Assembly: GCA_951406725.2 (NCBI GenBank)
Contig: OX597833.1
Span: forward strand, 33,666,001-33,730,000
From: Octopus vulgaris
Taxonomy: Eukaryota
Direction of reading: 5' to 3'
DNA length: 64,000 nt
A model generated the notes under the pieces. That model worked only from the letters and a program-made list of their open reading frames with translations. It had not been told where the DNA came from and ran no database searches. The stretch's first letter is position 1. Every line of letters starts with the position of its first letter. Below are positions 30,202-42,949 of this stretch, one piece after another. A program made the translations under genes and the position numbers.

Positions 30202-30432
30202 GCTACTTAGATATCCCTTTAATAGTGAAGGTTTTAAACTTCATTGAGAATCCAAGTGGAATGATGTTTGCTGAAGCTGTTTCAGTTGATTTAATGACAC
30301 TAATACTGGCCTACAACCAACACCACAATGCAAGTTCACCTCCCAATGTTGTTATGCAAGCTTTGAATCATGCCGAAACCAAATACCCAGAGCTTTTACT
30401 TGAGAAATTGATACTTTTCTTTAATCGTGGAG
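30202..30432 (+). CDS. NCKIPSD: NCKIPSD/SPIN90-like internal exon (DUF2013/SPIN90-Ldb17 domain)
   Basis: cacatag acceptor, G|GTAAGT donor, 231 bp phase 1-1; ...LILAYNQH...NVVMQAL...LLEKLILFFNRG matches LLLALNLH..NVIMAAL..FSEKLLLLLNRG. Confidence 0.92.
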
Positions 30433-30971
30433 GTAAGTCTGAATTGATTCCTTATTTTTACATGTCTTTAGAGGTGATATGTCCAGGTGTAAATTTCACT
30501 GATTTGGGTAAGTATGCTTTTTCATAGCCACATGTTTTTAAAGATACTTGCATCAGGTATTGCAAAAGTGGGCACCTTGAACAAGTGTTTTCTACCATTG
30601 CCCAGGGACAATCAATCCTTCTGAATGAATGTGGGAAACAAAAACTTTATTCAAACTTTTAAAGATATATATGTATATATGTATAAATATATCATTGTCA
30701 TCATCATTATCATCATGCACATACATATATAAATGTCTATACACTGCAAACTGAGATAATAGTCCATGATGATTTTTTAGATTTTCTAAATAACTATCCA
30801 AGGGATTTTGAAGAAAATACTATTTTTGGTTTGTATACAAAATTTAATATTTGCAGCTTTTTTAGCTTTTGTATTAGTCATTAATTTTCTTTTTCAGGTG
30901 AACAGAATTAATAGTTCTAATATTGATTTCAAAACATGGGGCATGGAAAAGAGTAAGAGAGGAACCAGATT

Positions 30972-32195
30972 CATCATCATCATCATCATCGTTTAACGTC
31001 CACCTTCCATGCTGGGTTGGACGGTTCAACTGGGGTCTGGGAAGCCAGAAGGCTGCACCAGGCCCAGTCTGATCTGGCAGTGTTTCTACAGCTAGATGCC
31101 CTTCCTAACGCCAACCACCGTGAGTGTAGTGGGTGCTTTTTACGTGCCACCGGCACAGGTGCCAGATTGAGGCTGGCAGCAGCGTCGATCGGATGGTGCT
31201 TTTTACGTGCCACCGGCATGGGGGCCAGACGAGGCTGGCAACGGCCACGTTCAGATGGTTCTCTTACGTGCCACCGGCACTGGTATCACAGCTACAAATT
31301 CCATTGATGTTGATCGATTACGATTTTGATTTCGATTTTGATTTTCACTTGCCTCAACAGGTCTTCACAAGTAGAGTTTTGTGTCCCAAGAAGGAAAGGA
31401 ATGCATAAGTGGACTGGCTACATCCCAGGTAGAGGCCACGGGTTATGGCCTCACTTGTCCTGCCGGGTCTTCTTACGCACAGCATACTTCCAAAGGTCTC
31501 GGTCTCTAGTCGTTTCCTCAGTGAGACCTAAAGTTCAAAGGTCGTGCTTCACCACCTCGTCCCAGGTTTTCCTGGGTCTACCTCTTCCACAGGTTCCCTT
31601 AACTGCTAGGGTGTGGCACTTTTTCACACAACTATCTTCATCCATTCTCGTCACATGACCATACCAGTGCAAACGTCTCTCTTGCACACCACAACTGATG
31701 CTTCTTAGGTCCAACTTTTCTCTCAAGGTACTTACACTCTGTGGAGTATGCACACTGACATTACACATCCAGCAAAGCATACTAGCTTCATTCCTTGCAA
31801 GCTTACACATGTCCTCATCAGTCATGGCCTATGTTTCACTGCCATGTAGCATAGCTGTTCGTACACATGCATCATACAGTCTGCCTTTTACTCCGAGCAA
31901 GAGGCCTTTTGTCACCAGCAGAGGTAAGAGCTCTCTGAACTTTGCCCAGGCTATTCTTACTCTAGCAGTTACACTTTCAGCACACCCGCCCCCGCTACTG
32001 ACTTGGTCACCTAGGTAACGGAAGCTATCAACTATTTCTAGTTTTTCTACCTGGAATGTGGCGGAAGATGGTCTCTGCGTATTTTCAGTGTTTATTGCTC
32101 CTGAGCATCTGCCACATACAAAATCTATCTTCCTAGTTAGCCTTCCTTTAACATTGCTGCACTTCTTATGTGTCCATAGCTTACTCTTGGTGCAT
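30972..32195 (-). mobile_element. RTE-clade LINE 3' portion with full 3' UTR and (GAT)n tail
   Basis: ORF 31535..31825 (WMCNVS..WYGHV..GRGRPRKTW) contiguous with the UTR module. Confidence 0.92.
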
Positions 32196-32547
32196 TACCA
32201 CCAACCACCATTGCCATTTTAGCATAACTTTGTATAACATAAAATTCACTGACAGCCTCTCTTATGATATATGCAACTACTGTGTAAGGCAGTGAGCTCA
32301 CGGAAATGTTAGTGCACGAGGAAAGATGTTTAACAACATTTTGTCCACCTTCACATTCTGAGTTCCCATTCTGCTGAAGTCAACTTTGCCTTTCATCCTG
32401 TCAGGATCAATAAATTAAGCACCAGTTGATGTGATCGACTTACTCCATGCCCCAAAATTTCTGATATTATGCCAAAATTTGAAATCAATGTATGTAACTT
32501 GTGTATCATATTTATTTGTTTGTTTGTTTTCTTCTGTTTCATTATAG

Positions 32548-32720
32548 TTGATCCATTAATGGAACAAGGTTTAATGAGAACAAAGAGTAACTCAGTGGTA
32601 AAATTTCTACGAGACATGTTCAGCTGTGAAGCAACAGGCAAATTGTACTACACCAACGACATTAAAGTCATGTTAGACATTGTGCTTCGAAACATCACTG
32701 ATAAACCTCCAGGAGATAAA
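32548..32720 (+). CDS. NCKIPSD: NCKIPSD/SPIN90-like internal exon (DUF2013 core)
   Basis: attatag acceptor, AAA|GTAAGG donor, 173 bp phase 1-0; VDP...SVVKFLRDMFSCEATGKLYYTNDIKVMLDIVLRNITDKPPGDK is the SPIN90/Ldb17 hallmark (SVLKFLQDVF...FYHTD...IDITVRHIADLSPGDK). Confidence 0.95.
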
Positions 32721-33899
32721 GTAAGGGCTTTCACATTTGAAGTTATCATCATCATCATCATTATTTAGTGTCTGCTTTCCATGCTTGCATGGGTTTGACT
32801 GAAACTGGTAAACTGTAGGGCTACACTAAGTTGCAATCTGATTTGGAATGCAGTAGAAATGCATGAACGATTGTGGTGGTGCCATGAAGTAAACATGCTT
32901 TAGGTACACTTGTTTATTCATACAAATGTAACTGAGATGAAGTATGTCATAAATAACAGTGACACACGAAATATACACTGCTGGAAGTTGTTGTTGACAA
33001 AAAACGGCAGTAATTTTATTCAGCTGAATACATGTTATTGATTGGTTGAAATTACCGAAATACAACAACTTTAACATGAAATCACTTTGAAAATATAAAC
33101 TTTTCTCAACAACACTGAGAGTGAAAGATGTTTTCAGTGTCTGAAGTTTGAAAGTGTTTAGTTACAAAAAATTAATTTCTCGATCTGCCATTCAAAGGGT
33201 AAAGATCCAAAGGATGATTATGGAAAGTGAATTGGGATGAAATGGAGGAAGAAGCGAGAGTATAAAGAGGAAAACAATGACTGGAGGTAACTGAATTGAA
33301 GAGAAAGGAGAAATAGGAGCGACATTAATGGCAGGGTGTAATGAGTAACAGTTATGGCAAAAGATGTGAGAGAGAAATGATGAATGTCAATAACAAGTGA
33401 CCTGGAAGAGAGGAGTTGAGGCTAAAAGAATAAACAAGAATAATGTTTACTGGTTAGAAAGAGTATGATAGATGGATAATCATATGGTAACGGTAAGAGA
33501 ATGACAATAGTGACCTGAGGGAGAGGAGGATAAATAGAAATGCATATTTGGTGCAATCACAGCTCCTCACATTGTGATAAAGAGAAGAGAAAGGTAGAGT
33601 GGTATGGATGGTTGAGATGGGAGTGGGGGTTGAGATTGACTATGGACAGATTTAAAGTTTTCTTTCATAACATAGGTCTTGATGCAGTAAATTGGAAAGA
33701 GATGAGAGAGTATCAAATAGCAAGGGAAGCAGCAGATGGAGACTTAGGAGGCATCAAATTAGTAAAATGCTAAAAAAAAAAATGGCACTCCATCAGTTAC
33801 TACAATGAGGGTTCCAGTTAATCCAATCAACAGAAAAGCCTGCTTGTGAAGTTAATGTGTAAGTGGCTGAGCACTCTACACGTACCCTTAATACCTTAA

Positions 33900-34120
33900 C
33901 GCTTTCATTACTGTATTTATTTTGAGATGCTCTGTGTTTCTTTCAATTACTTTAAATATAGCAAAAAATTTAGTAAAATAACTTAGTTATCATTCAGCTA
34001 ATGTTAGGAATATAAATTGTGACTAAGGTTTGATGGAAGATTTTAATTCAAAACTTATGAAAACAAGACATTTATACTAAAGAGCCAGAGCCAGTTTCAG
34101 CTGGGTTGGTAATGAAAGGG
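33900..34120. mobile_element. piggyBac-type MITE nested in a SINE
   Basis: TTAA-cgctttcattac ... gtaatgaaaggg-TTAA; interrupts a minus-strand SINE (33783-34335). Confidence 0.85.
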
Positions 34121-34501
34121 TTAACATAGTTCTCAGGGAGATTCAGCGTAACATAGAATGTGACCAGGCTGACCCTTTTGAATTACAGGTACAATTCATT
34201 TTTGCCAGGTGAGTTGGCTGGAACAACATGAAATAAAGTATCTTGCTCTCGGACACAACACGCCACTAGGAATCAAACTCATGACCTTACAGTCATTAGC
34301 CAAACACCCTAACCACTAAGTCACACACCTTCACTTTAAAATACTCAAATGTAAGACTATAAGCTTTCCTCTTCAAATATATAGTTTTGTGTCAGTGTAG
34401 ACACTATACTCTTCTTCTACAAATATATGGTCTTCTCTAAATGAAAAAAAAATATTTACTACTGTTAATGCTTCTTTCTATTTATTTATTTTTCCTGCTA
34501 G

Positions 34502-34696
34502 GAACGAACAGAGAATCTGCTTCTATTGCAGCAGGTAATAAATCACTCATTTTACACAGAAGAACAGTACCGAATCATAGATTTCAAAGATGCCTTCCAC
34601 AACATCTGCAGTGAAGATGAATGCATCAAGAGTCAACATGAGAAAGATATAATCAACTCCATTCAAAGTGAACATACTGACTGGTTCAATCCTTGA
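34502..34696 (+). CDS. NCKIPSD: NCKIPSD/SPIN90-like terminal coding exon
   Basis: T-rich tract plus ctag acceptor, 195 bp ERTENLLLLQQVINHSFY...EHTDWFNP* in phase with the previous exon; matches SPIN90 C-terminus in length and pattern. Confidence 0.88.
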   Translation, partial: ERTENLLLLQQVINHSFYTEEQYRIIDFKDAFHNICSEDECIKSQHEKDIINSIQSEHTDWFNP

Positions 34697-34855
34697 GCTA
34701 CTTACCTATTCTATTACTAATTGTTAACAGAAACTCTCTCTCTCCCTCCCCCCACTCTCTCTCTCTGGTTATCTATCTAATTTTCTGTCTCTCATATATC
34801 TACATATATAACTATCTGTACCCATCTTTTTCTCTCTCATGTATGTATACATTAC

Positions 34856-34911
<56 letters not shown>

Positions 34912-35081
34912 TACTGTCTGTTAATCTATTTGCCTATCCTAACTATCAATCTCTCCCTCTCTTTCTCTATCCTCACCTCTCTCTCTATATGTATATATAT
35001 TTATATATATATATATGCAAATATATATCTTGTTTGTTTTTTTCAATTTGTTCTTTGTTTTTTTTTCTTAAGAAAAATATG

Positions 35082-35087
35082 AATAAA
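35082..35087 (+). promoter_or_regulatory. Candidate polyadenylation signal of NCKIPSD-like gene
   Basis: AATAAA about 390 bp after the stop, followed by A-rich then T-rich sequence; other sites further downstream are possible. Confidence 0.3.
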
Positions 35088-37222
35088 AATCTGAAAAAAA
35101 AGAAAAAAAGTTAATTCATCATTAGTTATGTTTTTTTTCTTTTTACAGTCAATTCTGCATTACATAATTTGTTTAATTAAACAGTTAAAAAAAAAGCATT
35201 TAGTGTCAAATCTGTGTGGAATTGATCAGGGCAAATTATGTCAGTTTCAATCAGCTGCATAAGTTTTTTTTTCAGCCTTTGAAGCAGTGCAACTAAGCAG
35301 AATGACAAAATTTAATGTATTTATATATTGGTTTCAAATTTTGGCACAAGGCCAGCACTTTTGAGGAAGGGTCTCGATTAATTACATTGGTCCCAGTGCT
35401 CAACTGGTACTTGTTTTATCATCCCCAAAAGGATGAAAGGCAAAATCAATCCCAGCAGCATTTGAACCTAGAACTTAAGGACAAACAAAATGCTGCCAAG
35501 CATTTTGCCCAGCATGTTAATGAGTCTGCTACCTTGTCACTTTAACATGTTTATATATTGGCAGGGAAGAAATAAAGCAAAAGTATTGAAATTAACTTGT
35601 TTGTCATAAGGTTTGTAGATTGGCAGTCATTAGAACATTAGACAAAATGCTTTGTGACATTTGTTCTCACTGTCAATGTTTGGAGTTCAAAATCCTTTCT
35701 GGTCAATAAAACAAATACCAATTCAAGGCAGTAGCTTGACAGATCTGATGCCTTGCTGTATTTTATTCCAGTTTTTGTATTCTGTGTTCAAATTTTTCCA
35801 TGGTCTGTTTAGGTGGTAGACTTAATCCTTTGTCTGGTTTAACTCCACCATGCATTTGGCACTTAGGCTGCCTTTAGTGGAACCTATTCTATTGCATGCA
35901 TTCAGGTCAGATCTGTGGTTTGAGGCTACTTTCCCTTCTAGAGGCCCTATAACAGATCATGAACCCTACCTTTTCATCTAACTAGATGATAAAATTAAAA
36001 AACTGAACTTATTTGTCTAAAACACATCAATAATTATGCAGGTGTTGTGGTGTTGAGCATGTGTGGAAAGCTGCTGTTGAACACACATGACAATATTAAA
36101 AAACTAGTGAAAGAAAAGAAACCTTGTGAAGTTTATGGTTTGATGTCATTATTTTAGAAATTTTAAGGCAGTGAGCTGGCAGATTCATTACCATGTTGGG
36201 AAAAATGCTTAAGCAACATTTCTTCCAACTTTACGCTCTGAATTTTAATGCCACTAGGATTGACTTTTCCTTTCATACTTTTTGGGTCAATAAAATAAGT
36301 ACTAGATGATCACTGGGGTTGATGTAATTGACTTACCTCTCACCCTGAAATTACTGGCTTTGGGCCCAAAATTTGAAGCAATTATTGTTAGTAATTTCCA
36401 ACATAGGCACTAGGTCATCAAGTTGTTGGGGAAGTTAGTCAATGAAATCGCCCCACCCTACCTACTTATCCATCCGCCATACTTGTCAGGTACTTTTTTA
36501 CTAGTCAAAGGATGATTTAAATTCAGAAAGTAAAAATGTGGAACAAATACTGCAAATGTTTTTTGTCTGACACCCTGATTCTGCTAATCCACCATTCACA
36601 ACAAAACAACTGTTTCTAACCTAAGTGCAAGGACACAAATTTGGTGGGAGGAGCTTAGTGGTTTCCATAGATCCTAAAGTCGACCCCAAAGAAATGCTGT
36701 TGAACATATTTGTTCAACGTGCTTATAATTCTGCCAGCTAGCTGCTTTTCAGTAATAGTTTCAGGTTTAGGGATAAGGCCAATAATTTTAAAGGACAGAG
36801 TTCACTAATGCCATGATCCCAGTACTTGAATGGTCCCTTTTTGTTTTTTAATCCCAAAAGGATGAACGGCAAAGTTGACCTCAGCTTTAAAAGGTCAACC
36901 TACCATCTTAAAGAGAGGGGGATGGCACCATACTAAGATATATGTTTCTAACAGTTTATGCAGAAATCTTACGTTGCACAGTTTTTCTGTGACTAAAGTA
37001 TGCGCACACTAAATCTAAGTACTTTATTTTTGAAAGCAAGAAATTATTCATGTGTACATTAATTTCATATGTGCGCTGGTAACGAAATATTGGCATAAAA
37101 CGAGACGTTTAAAAAGGGAGGTCACTCAAAAAGCAAGGGAGAGTACTCAACAGTAGGATTTTTTTGTTAACTATGTGTGATATCTGCACTTGTTGGGTGC
37201 TTCACACATTTCCCTACAATGC

Positions 37223-37599
37223 TGTAGAAAGGAATAAAACGACAGGAACGCGAATCGCTGAACAAATAATAATGATAGTATCACAGAAGGAGATACTTTA
37301 TCGCTGGTCATCTGTAGCGTGAACGCCAGGGTTAGGAAAACAGCAAAGTCGGATTAAATCACCATGGTTAAAATAGTCTTCACTGCCCGCCGAGTCTGGT
37401 TCGCTTGGAGCTCGGAGCCTTGGGACACGTCTTAATTCATCGACTGCCAAGAGGCTTGGAATAGCGGGAAAAGCTAACTGCTCCTGATTACTGCGCATGC
37501 GCATCAGGGGACTTCCGGCAGGCCTACCGGAAGACACCAAACATTGCACATGCGCAGATGGACATCCCAAAATGGCGTCTAAGACCTGGCGTCACTACA
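37223..37599 (-). mobile_element. 3' LTR of Ty3/gypsy element 1
   Basis: TGTAG...CTACA ends, preceded on the minus strand by the polypurine tract aaaggggag. Confidence 0.8.
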
Positions 37600-40500
37600 A
37601 GGCTCCCCTTTGAGTGCGGAGCACGGGAATGTAAAGATTGTAGTAGCACCAGAAACAAGATGGCTACCGATCACCCACAGATGAGGCACAAAATATGACA
37701 ACTCAAGAAAAATTGTAATTACAATAAAAATGAGCATGCAAAAGAAAACAAAACCTTTTTTCAAAAAAATGTTCAATAACAAAACATTGCAATGTCCAAT
37801 ACACAAGAGAACACCTGTTTGTCACAGGAAACAATGGAGAATGTCAAATGTAAATAGTTTTTGCAAGTGTCTTAGGTCAGGGAACAGTTCGGCCAGTCCT
37901 GGTAACATAGGGTTTGATCGAGGACAACGAAGGTGGTTTTGTCAGAGGTGCATGTGTAGGTGACGGTGTTGACGAAGGTGCACGTGTAGGTTCAAAGGTG
38001 GGCGTGGCAGCGGTGTCATCGAAAGATGTGGACACCTCAGAATATGCTCGTTTAAGTCTACAGAAACGGTCTCCGAGCGACTATTCACATCGATTGTGAA
38101 AACTTTGGGTGTGCGAGAAGCACACGAAAAGGTCTTCTGTAAGGAGAAATAAGAGGTCCTTTGACAGAGTCATCTCTAATAAAAACATGCGACCAAGAGT
38201 CAATATCTGACGGGACATGAGAGGGTGGAGATTGGTCCCGGGAACCCATGGGAGGAAGATTAGAAAAATAGGTGTGACGTATGACGCCGGATCATTAAAC
38301 TGTGAAATGTCTGGTACCAACATCGTACCAGGCAACGCCCATGTGGTACCATACAATAGTTATGCAGAGGAAAAACCTAGGTCTGCTTTGACAGCAGTAC
38401 GACAGCCAAGAAGCACAATAGGCAGAAATTCATTCCAGGACTGTGGATCTGGAGAGGCACGAAGAGCGGCTTTGAGCTGAATATGGGACCGTTCGACCAT
38501 CCCATTGGAAGCTGGATGGTAACTGGTCGTGCGAATATGATGCACACCTAGAATGCGTGACAATTCACGAAATAAGGAGGCTGCAAACTGGCGCCCACGA
38601 TCAGTAGTTAATCTAGACGGAACTCCGAAACGGGAAATCCAGTTAGAGACAAAAGCTAGAACCACAGATTCAGCAGAAATGTCTGCTATTGGAATGGCTT
38701 CCGGCCAACGGGAGAAACGATCGATACAAGTCAAAATGTAAGAGAACCCGCACGACTCAGGCCATGGTCCAACCAAGTCAATGTGGACATGGCGAAAACG
38801 GACCTCCAGAGGAGAAAACTGTCCAAGCGGAGCACGAATGTGCCGCTGGACCTTGGAGTGTTGGCACTGGGAGCAACTACGTATCTAAGAGGTAATCGTG
38901 CGACGCATATTCGGCCAGAAAAACCGAGCAGTGATAAGCTTAAGTGTGGCAGCGATGCCCGGATGCAACAAGGAGTGCATGGCCTCAAACACTGAGCGTC
39001 GGTGATTCTCAGGCACCAGTGGCCTAGGAGAACCAGTAGAAGTATCACAAAGAATTGTTCCTTCAGCCGATGGAAGCGGAAAATATGCAAATTGGCAACA
39101 AGAAAACCTTGGCGAAGTTAAATCTAACGTCGCCAGGCCCTGCGAAATGGTAGTCAAGTTGATTTCAGCAGGTGATGAAAGGGAACAGACTGGAAGACGA
39201 GAAAGAACGTCAGCAGGAACGTTCTCTTTTCCAGGCTTGTGAGGAATGTCACTGGTAAATTGTGAAATAAAAGCCAGGTGACGGAAGGCACGAGGCGAGA
39301 GATTGTCCGTCTTAGACGATAGGGCAAACGCAAGAGTATAGATCACAAAATCTCGCCCTTCGAGTTGATCCTGAAAATGACGAAGTGACAGGTAGATCGC
39401 CAAAAGTTCACGATCAAAAGTGCTGTACTGCCGCTCAGCCGGTTGTAACTGGCGAGAGAAGAAAGCTAGAGGTCGAGTTTGATCGTCCACTGTGTGTTGC
39501 AGCACCACGCCGACCGCAGTGTCCGATGCATCCACTGTTAACGAGAGTGAAGCATCGGGAACCGGATGTGCTAGCAACGGGACAGAAATTAATTCCTTCT
39601 TGATGGACTCGAAAGCAGATAATGCTTTAGCAGAGAGGATGAGTGGACCGTCCTATTTAGAGGTGTCCTTTAACAGCTGAATCAGAGGAAGAAGCTTATC
39701 CGCGCACCCGGGTATAAAACGTCGATAGAAATTAACCATGCTGAGATAATGTCTCAACGGACGCAAGGAAGAAGGAGTGCGATGCGTTGAATGGCACCGA
39801 CTTTTGACGACAGAGGTCTGATTCCATTCGAATCAATATGATGACCTAGAAAATCTAGAGAAGATTGTCCGAAAACACACTTGTTGGGATTTATGCGTAC
39901 ACTATAGGCACGAAGACGCTGAAAGAGCTGAGACAAATGCCGGGTGTCGCTCGCAATGAGTATATCATCAACATAAGCAAACACAAAATCAAGACCGCGG
40001 ACATCTTCATCAATGAAACCTGGAACGTGCTGGTAGCGTTCTGCAAACCAAAGCTCATAAAGAGAAATTCAAAGCACCTAAAAGGAGTGGTAATAGCAGT
40101 CTTCGGAACATTGGCCGGGTTGGCCGGTATCTGGAGATAAGCCCGAATCAGGTCAACTTTTGAAAAAATGTTACAGCCATGAAGATTCGCCGAAAAATCC
40201 TGAAGATTTCTTATTGCGTAGCGATCTGGTATCTTTACTATATTGAAGCGTCGATAATCTCTTACCGGGCGAAAATCAGACTCCCCCTTTCGCGCCAAGT
40301 GAAGGGGAGACGCCTATGGGCTGGTGGAGGGGCGTATCAGGCCAAGTTAGAGCATGTGATCAAACTCGGCCGTAGCCGTTTTGAGACGGTCAGGCGCAAG
40401 ACGCCGTGGGCGCGAAAAAACAGGCGGCCCAGTGGTGGTGATTAAAGGAAGAGTCGAGCGGGCAGGCTTTGCCGGCTGAAAAGTAATGTCCACTAGCTCC

Positions 40501-41165
40501 AGAAATGAAGCCAAAAGAGAATGAAAAGCATCTCCAGAGGTGGCAACAAAAAATGTCGGGCTAAGAACCGCATTGGTAGAACCTCTAGTCGGCGTGGAGA
40601 ACGACGTGGTACCGTCGAGAAGCCTCCGGCACTTGACATCTACCAATAGATTAAAATGATCCAAGAAATCATCACCGAGAATAGGATGCGGTATGTCAGC
40701 GACGACAAAAACCCATTGAAAATCTCGACGAAGATTAATATCGAGGCGTAGAGAAACCTGACCAAAAGTAGCTTTGGGAGACGAGTCAATGGCGTGCAAA
40801 ACAATGGAAGAACGCTTAGGCTTGTCTGCAGTGAGACGAAGAGGCTAAATGCTACAACAAGAACCAGTGTCTACCATGAAGAATTTCTTCGACACCAGAT
40901 CTTTGACAAATAATGCATGATAAGTAGGACAAGAAAAGGAGGAAGGTGCCGTGCCTATCTCCTCCGAGCCTAGTTTACCGAAAGTTTAAAACTGCACGGC
41001 TGGATGCACTTGTGTGTTTTATCAGCAAATAGCCCGGAACGTGGCCTAGAGGCACGAGAGGCAGAGCGACCCCGACTACGCGAAAGACGCCTATTTTCCC
41101 GGCATAGCTCGTCCATACGTCGTGTCAGCGCGTCTAGTCTGTTTGAAATTCTATAGAATTTCTTG
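37600..41165 (-). mobile_element. Ty3/gypsy element 1 internal region (gag end, PR, RT, RNase H, IN), decayed and 5'-truncated
   Basis: VDTGS protease, FSKVDL and AYVDDIL RT, VDASD...RELLAIY RNase [32 protein letters not shown] integrase in gypsy order. Confidence 0.95.
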
Positions 41166-41168
41166 CCA

Positions 41169-42942
41169 GCACTGATTTTTGCTACAGCGTTTCGTATCGA
41201 GACGTCAGATGTAAATAGACAATGTGATCAAAGACAAAAGTGGGTAATAAGTGTATATACCATATTTCGGGGGTTGTTGTCCCTTCTTCAACAATCATTT
41301 AACCCACTATTGTCTCCGAACGCATTGCTTACATAGAAATAGCTTTGACAAAATAATGTAAAAAGCACTATTGACGTGTAGTGATCCTGTACAGCGGCGC
41401 GCGCGCGCACCGTCCATTCCTGTTTCGCGCATGCGGGGTTGGTGCTTTCACCACCGGAAGTAGGACCATTTGCCTACGTGGCAGTTAGCCGAGGCAAGGG
41501 GATGGTAGAACGTTTGACCACTAGCAGCAGTCAGCAGCGACTTGAGACATGGCTATCGAAGGTACAACACGTATATTCTCTCTGTCCGAATTTGATAGCA
41601 GTCGGCTGAAGACTTTTAACCAAATTGTTGCAGACTACATCATCTTCCTTTCTCCGGACGCCATCTTTGACAAGTGTCATTTTGCATTTGAACACTTTCT
41701 TATTTTACAGCGATAAGGTTCAGCTGAGACACATCTATACCAAAGGGATACCAGATACACCAATTATCTGTTACCACATAAGAGAATAAAGTAGATATAT
41801 ATTATTTACGTCGGCGTCTTTTTGTTTCTGACTGGTAGAGAATCTGGATATTAAAGCAACGGAAAGTGATTGCTTCTCGCACCCCCAAAAGGTCCAGAGG
41901 AGATATTCACACGTTCGTTACAGACGCAATAGAACGTAGTACTAACTTAAGAAAACATTTAGTATACCTTATAGTATATTGTGTTTGCACGTACCTACAG
42001 ATCTTCTATCGTTTCTCTCTCCCTTGTATTTATAGTTTTCGTGCGAACGTAGCAGAAAACGATTGGCTTCAAAGGGCAGTTGTAACCATTGCTCCGACTG
42101 TTAGTTTTTAGGCGCAAAATTGTTCCCGAAACAATTGCCCCCAAATTACTCCGTAAACCAATCAGACCCACTAAAATGGATCACATGTTATTTTGGCGGG
42201 ACAATCTTTGCACATATCGTGGAACCTACCATTTGCTTTTAAAGAGGATCATAATTTGCTCCGAAAGCAGTCCAGCCTGGGTTGCCACCAGGAAGCTCTG
42301 ATTCACGACACAATACTGTTTTCGTCGTCTACGCCACTACAACTCTACTGCATCTTAGTTGCCTTCCCGCACACGTTAATTTCACTAAGCTAACATTACT
42401 TTTAACGTCCTTTCAGAAACCTTCATGGACATTAAACTTAGTTTAATATCGTTTAGTATTCGTGTGGAATTATGCAGCAACCTTTTACTCTCGTTATAGA
42501 ACATTTGTCAATGTATGTATTACCAGCTCTTTTGTATAAAAGTTTTGCTATCCTTCTCTATCTCTCCTCACAGACATGTATTGTCTAACAAATCGTTTTC
42601 TTAAATTTCATACCTTTCCTGTTCAATAAACACTGAGTTAAACTTGGAAAACTGTTATTTTACTCTTTTCGTTTTTGATGTTTATTTTAGTGGGGTTATC
42701 ACCTAAACTAATTGGATTTCCTCTGCAAAAATTGATGACTAGTCTGATAACTCACTCTAAACCGCTATATGCGGTGTGTATATAAGCAATGTGTTCGGAG
42801 GCAAGAGTGGGTTAGATGAGTGCTGAAGAATGGGCAACAACCCCCGAAATATGACATATACATTCATTACCCATTTTTGTCTTCGATCACATTGTCTGTT
42901 TGCATCTGACGTCTCGATATGAAATGTAGCAAATATCAGTGC
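41169..42942. mobile_element. Element with about 165-bp terminal inverted repeats, interrupted by a solo LTR
   Basis: 41169-41334 is the diverged reverse complement of 42782-42942; no TSD seen; superfamily unknown. Confidence 0.6.
41377..41922 (+). mobile_element. Solo LTR with 4-bp TSD GACG
   Basis: TGTA...TACA ends, internal AATAAA, GACG at 41373-41376 and 41923-41926. Confidence 0.88.
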
Positions 42943-42949
42943 GTGGGAA

